A DNA stretch of 59,849 nt, from the IMG/VR virus record IMGVR_UViG_3300045988_094266. The stretch is one strand, 5' to 3'. Every line of letters begins with the position of its first letter. Within the stretch, counting starts at the first letter, position 1. The notes under the pieces are model-generated. The model saw nothing but the letters and a program-made list of their open reading frames with translations, was not told the DNA's origin and made no database searches. The DNA comes from a virus. The translations under genes and the position numbers were made by a program. Below are positions 28,826 to 41,207 of the stretch, piece by piece.

Positions 28826-30217
28826 ATGCGTTTTGGTATTCGTGAGATTTGCGATGTAGTACTTCGTGCCAAAAGCTATCAGACTTTAGGTAATCGTAAG
28901 TTCTATAAAAATGAACCAGTTTTGTACTTTGACACTTTAAGAACCTCTACTCTTGAAGGTGCTGCAACAACTGTATACGCACAGGGCGGACGTGGATATA
29001 CTAGATTGATTGCTTGGGAAGGTGAGCGTACTCTAACATTTACAATGGAAGATGCTTTACTTTCTCCAGAGAGCTTCTCTATTCTTTCTGGTGCAGGTCT
29101 GCTTGATGCAACAAAAGAAGCTCCAATTTACGTTCATCAAACTTCTCAGGTAGAAGTTGAAACAGCTAACACTATCGTAATTCCTGATAAAGCCTGCTGG
29201 AATGGATTTGCAGATCATGAAAATGAAATGTATCATCGTTCTGCTGACATTTTTGTAATGGTATTAGGAGATGATGGTCAAGTTAATGCTGAACCATGCA
29301 TTCCTGTTTCTGTTTCTTATACAGAGGACGGAAAATCAACTTTAACTTGTTATTCTCATGCGGGAGTGCTCCCATCTGGTACTATCGTTTTAGTTGACTA
29401 TTATGTAAAGCGCACTGGTGGCGCCCAGATGATTGAGATTACCGCTGATAAGTTTGGTGGAAACTATTATCTTGAAGCTTCTACTCTATTCCGCCGTGAG
29501 AGCGATGGCGTAGATATGCCTGCTGAATTTATTATTCCTAACTGTAAGGTTCAGAGTAACTTCACATTCAGCATGGCTGCTAACGGTGATCCATCTACCT
29601 TTACATTCACAATGGACGCTTTCCCAGACTACACTAAGTTTGATCAAACTCATAAAGTTCTTGCCGCTATTCAGGTAATTACTGATGAAACTGGAGAAAC
29701 CGAAGGTTCTCGTGAGCCATGCTCTGAGAATGTTGGTACTTATGAGAGTGAAGCCGCTGATGTAACTGTAAATTTTGTTTCTAACAGTGCCACAGAGGCG
29801 GAACTTGATGTAACTGGTACTGTAACAGGAAAGGCTTATGATACTGAGGCTTATGGAGATACAATTCCAGAAGCCGCACAAATTAGCCTCCAAATTCCAG
29901 TAGAGAGCGATAGTACCAAGTATACTGTAGTAACAACTAACCCAGCATATGAGAAATACTTCTCTACTGATGACCGTATTGAGGGCAATACAAAGACTCA
30001 AACCGTAGATGGCGCAGAATTGGCAGATGGCCTATTAGTAATTCTTACTAAGGAGAGTAATACAACTCCTATTACAGCTAAGATTACTAAGATTAACGGA
30101 GACTTTGAGAAGAGTTATACTATTAATAACAAGCTCAGTTTTGCAGAAAGCACAAGCACTTATTCTGGCGCAAAAATGCGCAATAAGCTAGTCTCTGTTA
30201 GCGATGACACCATTTAA
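28826..30217 (+). CDS. Major tail protein candidate (tube or sheath-like)
   Basis: 463 codons, TAG-free, with a TAAGGAGG RBS, followed by a strong terminator. It lies upstream of the chaperone and tape measure genes. Confidence 0.45.
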   Translation: MRFGIREICDVVLRAKSYQTLGNRKFYKNEPVLYFDTLRTSTLEGAATTVYAQGGRGYTRLIAWEGERTLTFTMEDALLSPESFSILSGAGLLDATKEAPIYVHQTSQVEVETANTIVIPDKACWNGFADHENEMYHRSADIFVMVLGDDGQVNAEPCIPVSVSYTEDGKSTLTCYSHAGVLPSGTIVLVDYYVKRTGGAQMIEITADKFGGNYYLEASTLFRRESDGVDMPAEFIIPNCKVQSNFTFSMAANGDPSTFTFTMDAFPDYTKFDQTHKVLAAIQVITDETGETEGSREPCSENVGTYESEAADVTVNFVSNSATEAELDVTGTVTGKAYDTEAYGDTIPEAAQISLQIPVESDSTKYTVVTTNPAYEKYFSTDDRIEGNTKTQTVDGAELADGLLVILTKESNTTPITAKITKINGDFEKSYTINNKLSFAESTSTYSGAKMRNKLVSVSDDTI

Positions 30218-30223
30218 TTTTAA

Positions 30224-30258
30224 GGGAGGACTTAATAAAGTCCTCCCTTTTTCTTTTT
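30224..30258 (+). terminator. Intrinsic terminator
   Basis: GGGAGGAC-ttaataaa-GTCCTCCC followed by TTTTTCTTTTT. Confidence 0.65.
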
Positions 30259-30276
30259 ATAAGGAGATATAGGAGT

Positions 30277-31719
30277 ATGGATGTTAATATTTATGATTAT
30301 GTATAGCGTTGGTCTTTAAATTATATTGTTTATCATAGTAGTCATTTAAGAGAATATGGAGATGTAGAGTCCGCAAATATTCTCTTTAGTGGATAGTATC
30401 AAGAGGCAATGAGTAAAATGAAGACTGCGGGAATTGAGACTTAGATTGTATCAATTCAAGAATAGATGCGGTCTAAAGGTCCAGTTGCCGCGAGTGGGTT
30501 AAGAGTTTTGAGTGATTTATAGATTGGTACCTTATTGGATTCTACTCTTGATTAGATCGCGGCAGGTATCAATGAAGGAATTGAATTAGCCGGTGGATAG
30601 GTAAATTTTGAGAATTATAATACTATATTACAATAGGCTGGCAATTTTAATAATTTGTTGGCTAATGGGGCACCTGATATAAAAAGAGTTAATGATTTTT
30701 TTAGATTATTGATATAGGCTCTTATGAAAGCCAATATGATAAATGTCAGTGTTCTTGATGCTTTAACCTAGATAGGAAGATCGCTAATTGGTACTAGTTT
30801 TTAGATAGATAATTCTTAGCAGCACTATGTTATGTCTATTGAAGATGGGGATATCAATGTAGCGAAAGAAGTAATAGATTCGTTGAGTAGAGCGGTTTCA
30901 AGATTAAATGAAGGTGGAAGTGTAAACTCTAGATCTTTTGCTAATACAATATCATATATTTTTAGAAAAGTTATTGGAAATTAGATTAGTCAAGCTATAG
31001 TCGCAGAAGGTATATCTATTGGAATTAATACTGCGGATAGTATATTAGATACTGCTATTAAGTAGTCTGGTGGAAAATTAAAGTGGGTTGATAGAGGATA
31101 GAATACTACTTCTGACAATGGAAGTAGAGGTGCTGTTAAAGTTTTTAATAATGATGTTTTTAATTTGTCAGTAACTAAGGGTAATCAAGTATTTAATATA
31201 GAAATTAGTGCTAATGTTAATGCAAAGTGGTAGAATAAAAAGAAATCTGCAAATAGAATTTAGGTTTTTTCAAATATGAATGTAGGGGATTATTTTTCTG
31301 GTTAGCCAGAAAAATATCTTGCTTATAATATGATTGCTCATAGATTCACTGGATCAGATTTTGAAGAATCTTTTAATAATATTCGTGCATCGGTAGCCGC
31401 CTCATTTTTTAATGAATGGGTTTCTTCTGGCGGTCTAGCTTCTTCTAAAGGACATCTTGGTCAGTTACTTATTGTTAATGGTAAAGTTTTTTCTATTTAG
31501 CGTATTATAAATAATATTTGTGATGACATAGTTCGCAATAGCGGTCATGAAATAGTTTCTATTGGGGGAGAAAATTCTACTGGTAATAAGTGGTATGGAA
31601 ATACTGGTCCAAATGTATTAGACGCTTTAACTCGTAGTAATATAGTTAATGAAGTTATAAGTAAATTAACAATTTCTGCTACATTAAACAATAATATATT
31701 GTCTAAATACGCATATTAA
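30277..31719 (+). CDS. Hypothetical protein with a very high TAG density (about 24 in 480 codons)
   Basis: AAGGAG RBS. A single frame is open to a TAA only under TAG read-through. Confidence 0.35.
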
Positions 31720-31723
31720 AAAC

Positions 31724-31752
31724 TTGACAATAGTTAATTTTTCTAGTATAAT
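31724..31752 (+). promoter_or_regulatory. Consensus promoter TTGACA-17-TATAAT
   Basis: Read directly upstream of the chaperone gene. Confidence 0.5.
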
Positions 31753-31784
31753 AAAAATATAAATGAGATAAAGGAGTTTTTACA

Positions 31785-32324
31785 ATGAGTGAAATTACTT
31801 TTAAAGATTTGGGTTTGGAGCCTAAAATTAAATATACAGAAGTAAAAATTGGAGAAGATAAGATTTTATCTGTGGTTAATTATCTTCCGATTGCAGATAA
31901 AACAAATCTTATTACTTTTGTCGCAGATTTAGCGATAGATGAGATGACTGGGTGTTTTAGTCCGGTAAGAGTAGAAACTTATTTTGCTATTGCTATTTGC
32001 AGATGGTATGGTGGAATTGTTTTTGAGCAAGAAGATGTGCATGAAAATATTGCCAAAACTTATGATACACTAGAGACTAATGGTGTTATTGATGCAGTTA
32101 GAAGTGCTATTCCAGTAGATGAATTGTCTTTTATTGAAGACTTAGTTAGAGATACTTTAAGCGATATAGCAAGATATAATAACTCTGCCGCAGGCATTAT
32201 CCAAATGATGAATAAAAATGCTTCTGGATTAGATACATATATTACTGATATAATGGAAAAAATTAAAAATGGTGAGAATCTTGAAACTTTATCAGTAATT
32301 AAAGATGTGGTTGGAAAAGATTAA
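31785..32324 (+). CDS. Tail assembly chaperone candidate
   Basis: Acidic 179-aa TAG-free protein immediately upstream of the tape measure gene. Confidence 0.4.
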   Translation: MSEITFKDLGLEPKIKYTEVKIGEDKILSVVNYLPIADKTNLITFVADLAIDEMTGCFSPVRVETYFAIAICRWYGGIVFEQEDVHENIAKTYDTLETNGVIDAVRSAIPVDELSFIEDLVRDTLSDIARYNNSAAGIIQMMNKNASGLDTYITDIMEKIKNGENLETLSVIKDVVGKD

Positions 32325-32364
32325 TAAATCTAATATAATTTACAAATTAGATAGAGAATTAAAA

Positions 32365-32404
32365 GGCTCTTGAGATATAATTCTCAAGAGCCTTATTTGT
32401 TTTA
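32365..32404 (+). terminator. Intrinsic terminator between the chaperone and tape measure genes
   Basis: GGCTCTTGAGA-tataat-TCTCAAGAGCC followed by TTATTTGTTTT. Confidence 0.6.
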
Positions 32405-32429
32405 TGGGTGATAAAGGAGGAAAAGGATT

Positions 32430-35400
32430 GTGGCTAATAATAGAAGATTAAATTATTAGATTGGGTTTGATGTTGATACTGCTGAACTTTACAGAGCAGT
32501 AAACGAGGCAGTTCAATCTTTAAATAAAATCAGTGCCGGTTCTAAAGTTACAGCAGAATTGCGACAAGCTTCTTAGTCTGCGCTAGAGTTATCTACTTAT
32601 ATGCATTAGGCATTTAATCAAGGGACTGGAAAGTTAGATTTAGTAGCTTTTGAAAATAGTTTAAAATCTAGCGGAAGAACTCTTAAAGATTATGCCAACT
32701 CGTTAATTTCGATTGGTACCGAGGGGCAAAAGGCTTTTTTAAATGTAGCAACAGCGATTCAAAAAGCGGAGCTTCCAGCATTGCGCACTGGCAAAATATT
32801 TGATTAGTTATGGATTACTATGAAAAATACTATGAGATGGCAGATTACCTCCACCGCGTTAAATAGTTTTGTGGGAACCATAGAATCAGCTTATGGGTAT
32901 GCACAAGATCTAAATGAATCATTAACAAATATTCGTATAGTTACTGAAAATTCTGCGGAAGACATGGCTAAATTTGCTCAATAGGCAAATGAAGCAGCAA
33001 AAGCATTAAGTACAACTACTGTTGAATATAGTGATGCTGCTTTGATTTATTATCAATAGGGTCTTACTGAATAGGAAGTTTTAGATAGAACTGAAACTAC
33101 TATTAAAATGGCTAATGCCGCAGGAATTAGTGCATAGACCGCTTCGGATCAGCTGACCGCAGTTTGGAACAACTTCTATGATGGAAGTAAGAGTCTTGAA
33201 TATTATGCTGATGTAATGGTGCGTTTAGGCGCCGATACAGCGTCTAGCTCTGATGAAATTTCAGAAGGTATCCAACAATTTGCCTCTGTAGCAGATACAG
33301 TTGGATTAAGTTACGAATATGCTGCTTCTGCTCTTGCTACTGTCACTGCTACGACACGTGAGTCTGCTAATACAGTAGGTACAGCATTTAGAACTTTATT
33401 TGCTCGTATCCAAGGCTTAAATCTTGGAGAAACTCTCGATGATGGCACTACATTAAATAAATATTCTAAAGCTCTTGAAAAAGTGGGTATTGATATTTTT
33501 GATGTTAATGGTGAGATTAAAACTATGGATACCTTACTTGATGAAATGGGTTCAAAATGGGAGACCTTATCTAATGACTAGTAGATTGCTTTGGCTTAGA
33601 CCGTAGCCGGAGTTCGCCAATATACTCGTCTTATTGCACTTATGGATAATTGGGATTTCTTTTAGGAGAATTTAGCTAGTGCTTATGGAGCAGAGGGATC
33701 TCTTTAGGAACAGGCAGATATTTATGCTGAATCTTGGGAAGCTGCTAGAGATAGAGTAAAAGCATCTGCTGAGGATATTTATGATAGTGTCATAAATCCA
33801 GATTTGTATATAAATGCAGATAATGTCTTAACTCCATTTTTATCTGGTATTGCAGACGCCATTGATGCAATGGGAGGGTTAAATGGTATTTTAGCTAGTA
33901 CCGCTTTGTTGATTAATGGGATTTATGGAAATAAGATTGCTGAATCAATGCGTTCTATGGTGGCTAATATAAAAGTTCTATCTGGATTAGAGTAGAATAG
34001 AGCGAGAAATTTGTAGGCATCAGCGGCTGAGATAGCAACTCAATTAGGCTTAACAAACTCTATGTCTTAGGCTGAAAAAAATCTTTTTAATATTATGGTT
34101 GACTAGGCTAATATATAGGGCCAAATAAATAGTAACTACGACGCGATGGATGCTAATGGTCGTAGATTAATTTAGACAGAACAGTTAAAATTAAGTATTT
34201 TGCAAGATTAGTTAAAGACATATTCTTAGTAGTAGATTTAGTCTAGGGAAAATGTATTAAATCTTAGAGATACTATTTATTTTAATATAGGAATAAAAGA
34301 TGGCTGGCAAGAAGAAGTTAAAGCAGAAATAAATAAATTTAATAGTAGAAATAAAAGTAATCAAATTTAGTTAAATATAAGAGCTAATAGTAACCTTGAT
34401 AAAATTTATAATGATGTTACTACTTAGTTAACTAGTTTAATTTAGCAATCTACAAAACTTGATACAGTGTATCAAGAATTTAAAAAACTTGAAAGCGCTG
34501 GAACTGCGACTAGAGACAGCCTTCGTAATTTATTATCTAGTGTTACGGGCAAAGAACATAATTATGCTTAGATTGAATGGCTGACTTAGCAATTAGAGGG
34601 GTTAAAAAATTAGTCTCAAAATGCAAAATTGCAAATTCGTGAACTTGGGACTATTTTATAGACTATGGGAGCCGATCCAAGAGTAGTTACTTCTTATATT
34701 AATGAATTAACAAAATTGGAGTCTGTTACTGCAAGAACAACTGAACAAGAGGCTCGATATTAGGAATTGTTAGCGAAGTTCCCTAGTGTAATTACAAAAG
34801 CATTAATACCAACGAGAGATTGGGCTACAATATTGGTTTAGGTTGGAAGTTCTCTTTCTAGTTTAACTATGATTATGAATGCTTTTTAGAGCATTGGAAG
34901 AATTTTTTCTGATGAAGATATGACTTCAACTGAAAGAATTGTAGCTTTGTTTACTTCTCTTGGTATGTTACTACCCTCTATTATTTCTGTTTATAAAACT
35001 TTAAATATGTTAACTACTGCTCATGCTGTTGCAGCAGCGGCGGACGCCGCGGCAACAGCAGTAGAGGCTTTAGCGACAGAATAGCTTGCTATGGCGAAGC
35101 AGAAAGCCGCTATGGCTTCCGGCATCTTAACTGCTGCAATTATGGTAGCAATAATAGCGATTACTGCAATAACAAGTGCTATAAAAGCATAGCATGAAGC
35201 AACCTTGGCTGCTGCTTAGGCCTCTATTGATGCGGCAAATGCAAAAAAAGAAGAAGCACAAGCGAATAGAGAGTTAATTCAATCTACTCAAAATGCCTTA
35301 TCTACTTATCAAGAAACTGGGGATGGAAAAGAAGAGTTAGATGATTTAACTCGTTAGTTGGCTGAAGCGTATGATTTAGAAGGCAGTGCATTAGCTAGAC

Positions 35401-38400
35401 TAAGTGGATAGTATGAAGATTATAATAGTGTTTTAAAAGCTGCTCAAGAAGCTCAAAGAAGAGAACTTTAGGAAACTTTGTAGTCCCAAGAAGAAGCGTT
35501 ACGTGCGAATGAAACTCTCATTCTTGAAACCGCGAGAGAGGGCGTGGGCCACGTATATTTTGGTGGAAATTATGAGGGGTCTTTTACTGGTTTTAATGAT
35601 TTTTGGAATGGCACCGAAGAAGATACTGCATCTAATATTCTTCTCAATAATGTGGACGCTTTATATAGTAGTTGGAATGACAATGTAATTGGCGGAAGAA
35701 GAAACTTAGCTTTTTCTATAGACCCAAATAATACAGAAGAATTAATTAATTTTTATGATCAATTAAATAATGCTATTAATTTGATGAATAATAGCATGAC
35801 TGTTTCGGAAAGAGGAGCATCTGGACTTTACAATGCTGCTGTTGAGTGGCGAGATAAAATGGAAGAGGTTGTCACTCAATATAAAGAAACTAAAGAGAGT
35901 ATAAATGCTATTCGGGTATAGCTTGGAGAGTTTAATAATTAGACTATTACCGATGATCAAGTATCAAGTTTAGCGTAGTATAAAATTTGGGTTAACGAAG
36001 TTACAGAGGCGCTCACTTCTGCTGGATATGAAGGCGAAGAATTAAACGATATAATCAATGATTTAGTATCTACTTCTCTGAATCCTGATATTAGTGGCTT
36101 TAAAGATATTTATGACGCAATTTTAGAGGTTGAAGAATTAGTCAATGATGAAGAATTAAAAAGTAATCTTGAATCTATTTTTACAGATGAAAATTATGAT
36201 ACTTCTGTATTAAATTTATTAAATTGGGGTGCTTTAACATAGGAGACTTTTTAGGATGCCTATGACAGTGCTAAAAAATATACTGATGCTATTTCCGAAG
36301 TTGAAAACGCAACAGAATCTTTAACTACTGCACAATCTGCCTTAGAAACTCTTGGAGATAGAGATTTAGATCGAGAAGGATTAGAATCACTTTCTAAAAC
36401 TGTTGATTGGGGAAATCAAGAAAAAGGAATTATTGATTTTAATTAGTTCCTTGCTATGACTTTAGTTGAACAATAGAGTTATTTATAGAGGATTATAAAT
36501 GAGTCCTATTAGGCTGTCAATAATGGATTAATAGATTAGATTAGTGAAGCAAAAAAGAGAATAACTGAGCAATAGGATATTTTAAATCAATATAGCGATT
36601 CTGAATTAGAACGTGCAGAAAAAGTTGTTTATGCTTGGGAACAAGTTCGAGAAGCGTATAATGATTATCAAGGTAGCTTAAATGGCGGAGAAGAATTTAA
36701 TCTTGATAATTATACGATTGATTGGGATTTGTTAGGTGAAAATTTTGATTGGGAATCTTTTAAAACCGAAACTGCGGATAACGTAGCTAGTGCATTTGAG
36801 TATGGGACAAAAGAAGCTCAAGATAAAATTGATACTGTAACTTTAGCAGAGTAGCTAATTAGTAGTTTATAGGATGATATAGATTCTAGCACAGCTTAGT
36901 TACAAATAAATGCAGAATTAAATTTTTAGAATCAATTAGATTAGATTGAAAATTCCGTTGACGGAATTGTAAGTGTATTCGATGCTATTTCTGATGGAGT
37001 AAGCTAGACTACCAATGAAGCTGGAGAACAAGTTTGGAGTTTTAGTAGAGAAGCAGCTAAGGCTATTGAATCTATCTATCCAGGTTTTATAGCTAACGCG
37101 GAATTATTAAGGGATGGTACATTTGCTTTAACAGATGAGATGTATCAAGCATTTTATAATAGTTCTTAGGGGCAATTAGCTGTTGATGCTGATACCAAAT
37201 CTAATATGCTTCAAAATCTTATTTCTCTTTTAGAGGCTAAACGAGGAGAGGCTGAAGCTTCGCTTAAGATCGCTGATCAGCTAGCTTCTGGAGAATTAAC
37301 TATAAACGAATTATCAGATGAGCAGAAGAGAACTTTATTAGCGGGATATGTAAATGCTTAGAATCTTGCTAATGGAGAAATGTTAGATGATTAGGTCAAT
37401 AGTTTAACCGCACAAGATACAAATTAGTAGACTTTATGGACTAATGTTAGCGAGTATTCTGCTTAGGGCGCGCAGAACATGAGTACTAATGTATAGTTAA
37501 ATACTCAAAATGTTCTTGCTAATCTTGAAAAAATTAGAGATGCGGCATATGCTACTGGAATTCAAGTATCTCAAATAGGAACTGATAATGTTACTAAGCA
37601 AGATTTTGATACTTCTGCTGTTTCTTTTGATAGTTCGGCTGCAACAACAATAGATACGAGTAACGCTAATGATTTCTTAAATTCTTTAACTGCAAATTTA
37701 GATGTAGAACCTGTAACCGCAGACGATTTAAATATTTATGGTGATGCTAGTGAGGCACTTGAAGCTAAGCAATCTTAGGCAGTTGGAGAAGCGCTAAGGG
37801 CCATTTATTAGGGGAGTATTGATGGGTATAATGAGGCTATAGCAGCAGCAAAAATAGCCTAGAGCAAATTATTAGATTCTATTGATGGAGCTATAGAAGG
37901 GGTAAAGGGAAGTTCAAGTGGCGGAGATAATGAAGGCACTAAGTATGACGAAGAAGATGAAAAGACTCTAAAGGATATTGAAGATAGATACCATGAAATA
38001 ACTCGCGAAATTGAGAATTAGAACGATTTATTAGATGATATTGGAAATAATATAGATAGAGCCTATGGCGCCAATAAACTTCAAGCATACTAGAGAGAAC
38101 TTCAAGAATTAGAGAAATAGCAAGCTAATTATAACAAACTACTTAATGAAGCTGAAACTTATCTTACAAAAGACTAGGCAGATCTTCAAGGGTTGTTTAA
38201 TAATTCTCTTATTTTTGATGAAAATGGAGAAATTGAAGGTTATCAAAGTGTTCTTCAATCTATAATAGATGATTATAATAATAATTTCTTAGCGGATTAT
38301 AATGCTTTTTTAGTTGCCTTTAGTAATCTTACTAAAGATGAATAGGAAGCTAGATAGGCAGAATATGATAGTTGGCAGTTACAAAAGGAAGCTGCTGATG

Positions 38401-41157
38401 AATTATTCCAAGCTCGTTAGGATGCTCTCGCCCAATATGAAGAAACTCTTGACAAAATTCAAGAAGTAAAGGACGAATAGGAAGAACTAGAGAGAAGCAT
38501 CGCAGACAATAGATTGAGTTAGATTGAATATAAACTTGAAGTTGTAATAGAAATAAAAGATGCTAAAGATGCTGTTCGTGAATTAACTAAAAAGATTGCA
38601 GAATCATTTGGTGATGAATTAACTCATGGTATTGAAGTCGCTCGTATTGATGAAAATAGTGTGAACGAAAATATAAAAATAATCAAGGATTATGAAGAAA
38701 CGCTTAAAAGTTATCAAGAAGAATTGGCTAACGCAACGGATGCGACTGATATTGATGGAATTATAAGTAAAATATCTGATTTATAGGGTAAAATAATTTC
38801 TACCGCAGAAGCTCTACTTGATTGGGTAGAGGGTCTTGAAGAAATGTTGCCAGATGCATTAGACGCTGCATCTGAAAGATTCGCTGAATTTACTGATCAA
38901 CTTGATCATAATGAATCAGTTCTTGGACTTATAAAAGAATTGTATACACTTTAGGGGGTTACATATAAAACCGAAGAAGGATTTGAATAGCTCCAAAAAG
39001 TAAGCGAAGAGACAATGAAAGCTCAAATAGCAAATGCGCAATTAAATAAACAGTGGTATGATGGTATTAAACAGGAGCTTTTAGAAGCCTAGAGCGCGTT
39101 AGATGCACTAGGCGGCGATGAAACAGATCCGGCATATGATGGTTTAAAAGCCAATCGAGATGCACTACTAGAAGAATATAATGAAGCCCAATAGGCGATG
39201 TTAAGTTCCGCGCAAGCCGCTATGGAAACTGCACAAGAAATGTATACTTAGGCTATTGAAAGAGCCGTATATGAATTTGGATAGGCGGTTTCTGGTGGAG
39301 TTGGCTTAGATTTGCTACAAGACAAGTTCGATCATTATATTGAGCAAGAAGATAGATATTTAGATAAAGTAAATGAGGCATATGAAGTATCTTCTTGGTA
39401 TAATAAACTTCAATAGGATATTGATAAAGCTACTAATTCTAAAATGAAAGATTAGTTGAAATAGTTACAAGAAGAAATTGATATTCGTAGAGAGAATAAT
39501 ACTTTATCTGAATATGATCTAGAAATTCTTGAAGCCAAGTATAATGTTCTTTAGGCCCAGATGGCTCTTGAAGATGCTCAAAACGCGAAAAATCAGCTTA
39601 GATTAGTGAGAGATAGCCAAGGTAACTGGAATTATCAATACACCGCAGATGCGAGCTAGATAGCGGATGCGGAATAGAATTTACTTGATGCAGAGAATGA
39701 ATGGTATAACATAGCTAAACAATAGGTTGAAGATGTTACTGGAGAAATTATTTCTACTTGGCAGGAATGTCAGGATAAAATAAAAGAGATTTATTCTGAT
39801 ATGACCTTGACTGACGAGGAAAGATCTGCCCGCGCGCAAGAAATCTATTCTTATTATACGCAGAAGGTTAAGGATCTAGAGAACGAAAAACAGATTGCTA
39901 TTTAGGATATGACCGAAGCCGGCAATAAAGCCTTAATTGATATGGCTATTGTTGCGGGAGACGAGGTAAGTGACCTAACTGGAATTACAAGTCAAGAAAT
40001 TCAGGATATTATAGCTAATTCTGGCTCTAGTATTATTGATTTGTTATTATCTGATAATGAATAGATTCAAGATATAGTTGGAAGTAATACAAAACTTATT
40101 GATTTATTTGATAATGTTTTCGCAAAAGATCTTGCTAATATGACTTCTAATGCTGGAAATTTTGAAGATTTTCTATCTAAGGCCATGGACGAAGCAAGTG
40201 GAGCGATGGAAGATTATCAAACTACTGTCTCTGGAGTTGCAGATTAGACTGGAACAAGTCTTGATGATTTAGAAGGTTATCTTGATGATGTTACAACTTC
40301 TACAGAGTTATGTTCTGATGCAGGATCGGAAGCTGTCACTTAGATGTTAGAATAGATAAGCACTATTCAAGATTTAAGTCAAGAATATTTAGACATGGCT
40401 AAATCAGTTAGAGAATATATAAGAGCTCTTGAGGAGGCTGCTAGAGCAGCTGGAAATACAATAGAAAGTGCTGGAGGAATAGATAAAGATGATTTACCTC
40501 CAGCTAATTCAGATCAATCTTCTGATAATAACTCTAGCAATAGTAATAGCGGATCTTCCAGCGGAGGAGCTGGAAGTGGCAATGGAATCCCAGAAGTAGG
40601 AGACGAAGTCATTTATACTGGTGGAACTTATTATCATGATTCTTATGGCACAGATCCAGCAGGTAGACGTGGGCCCGGCAAGAAAGTTAAAATAACTAAT
40701 ATAGCCAAAGGCAGACCATATCCGATTCATGTATAGTCTAATAATTCTGCATATGGTTGGTTAAAAGAAAGTCAAATAAGCGGATTTGATACAGGAGGTT
40801 ATACTGGAGAATTTGATAATGCTAAATTAGCTTTCTTACACGAAAAAGAGTTAGTTTTAAATCAAGAAGATACGAAAAATATTCTCGCGGCGGTTTCTGC
40901 TATAAGAGCTTTTGAACCTAGTTTTATAGCTTCTATAGAGAAAGCGCTTGATGGAAATGCACTATCTATTTCTAATCTTATGGCATCAAGATTAGGATCT
41001 AATACTTAGATTACTCCAGCAGACAACACAGTTGAACCGTATATAAATATTGAGCGAGTTGAGTTCCCAAATGCGACATCTTCTGATGAAATTCAAGATG
41101 CTATTCGTAGTTTAGCTGATGATGCTACTCAATGGGCAAATAGAAGAAAGGGATAAT
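32430..41157 (+). CDS. Tail tape measure protein, about 2909 codons (TAG-containing)
   Basis: GTG start with an AAAGGAGG RBS. Track ORFs 33216, 33804, 35544 and 40395 all lie in one frame. The segment ADVMVRLGADTASSSDEISEGIQQFASVADTVGLSYEYAASALATVTATTRESANTVGTAFRTLFARIQGL resembles the core of TP901-type tape measure proteins. It ends at a TAA. Confidence 0.6.
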
Positions 41158-41180
41158 AGGGGAGATTTCCTCCCCTATTA
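41154..41180 (+). other. Perfect 11-bp hairpin TAATAGGGGAG-atttc-CTCCCCTATTA overlapping the tape measure stop codon
   Basis: Read directly. There is no U-tract. Confidence 0.5.
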
Positions 41181-41207
41181 TCCCTATGAGAAAAAGGAGG
41201 ATAAATA

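Noticed and set aside
29486-30001. 171-codon minus-strand ORF inside the major tail gene
   Set aside because: It is antisense to a TAG-free ORF with a strong RBS. There are no initiation signals.
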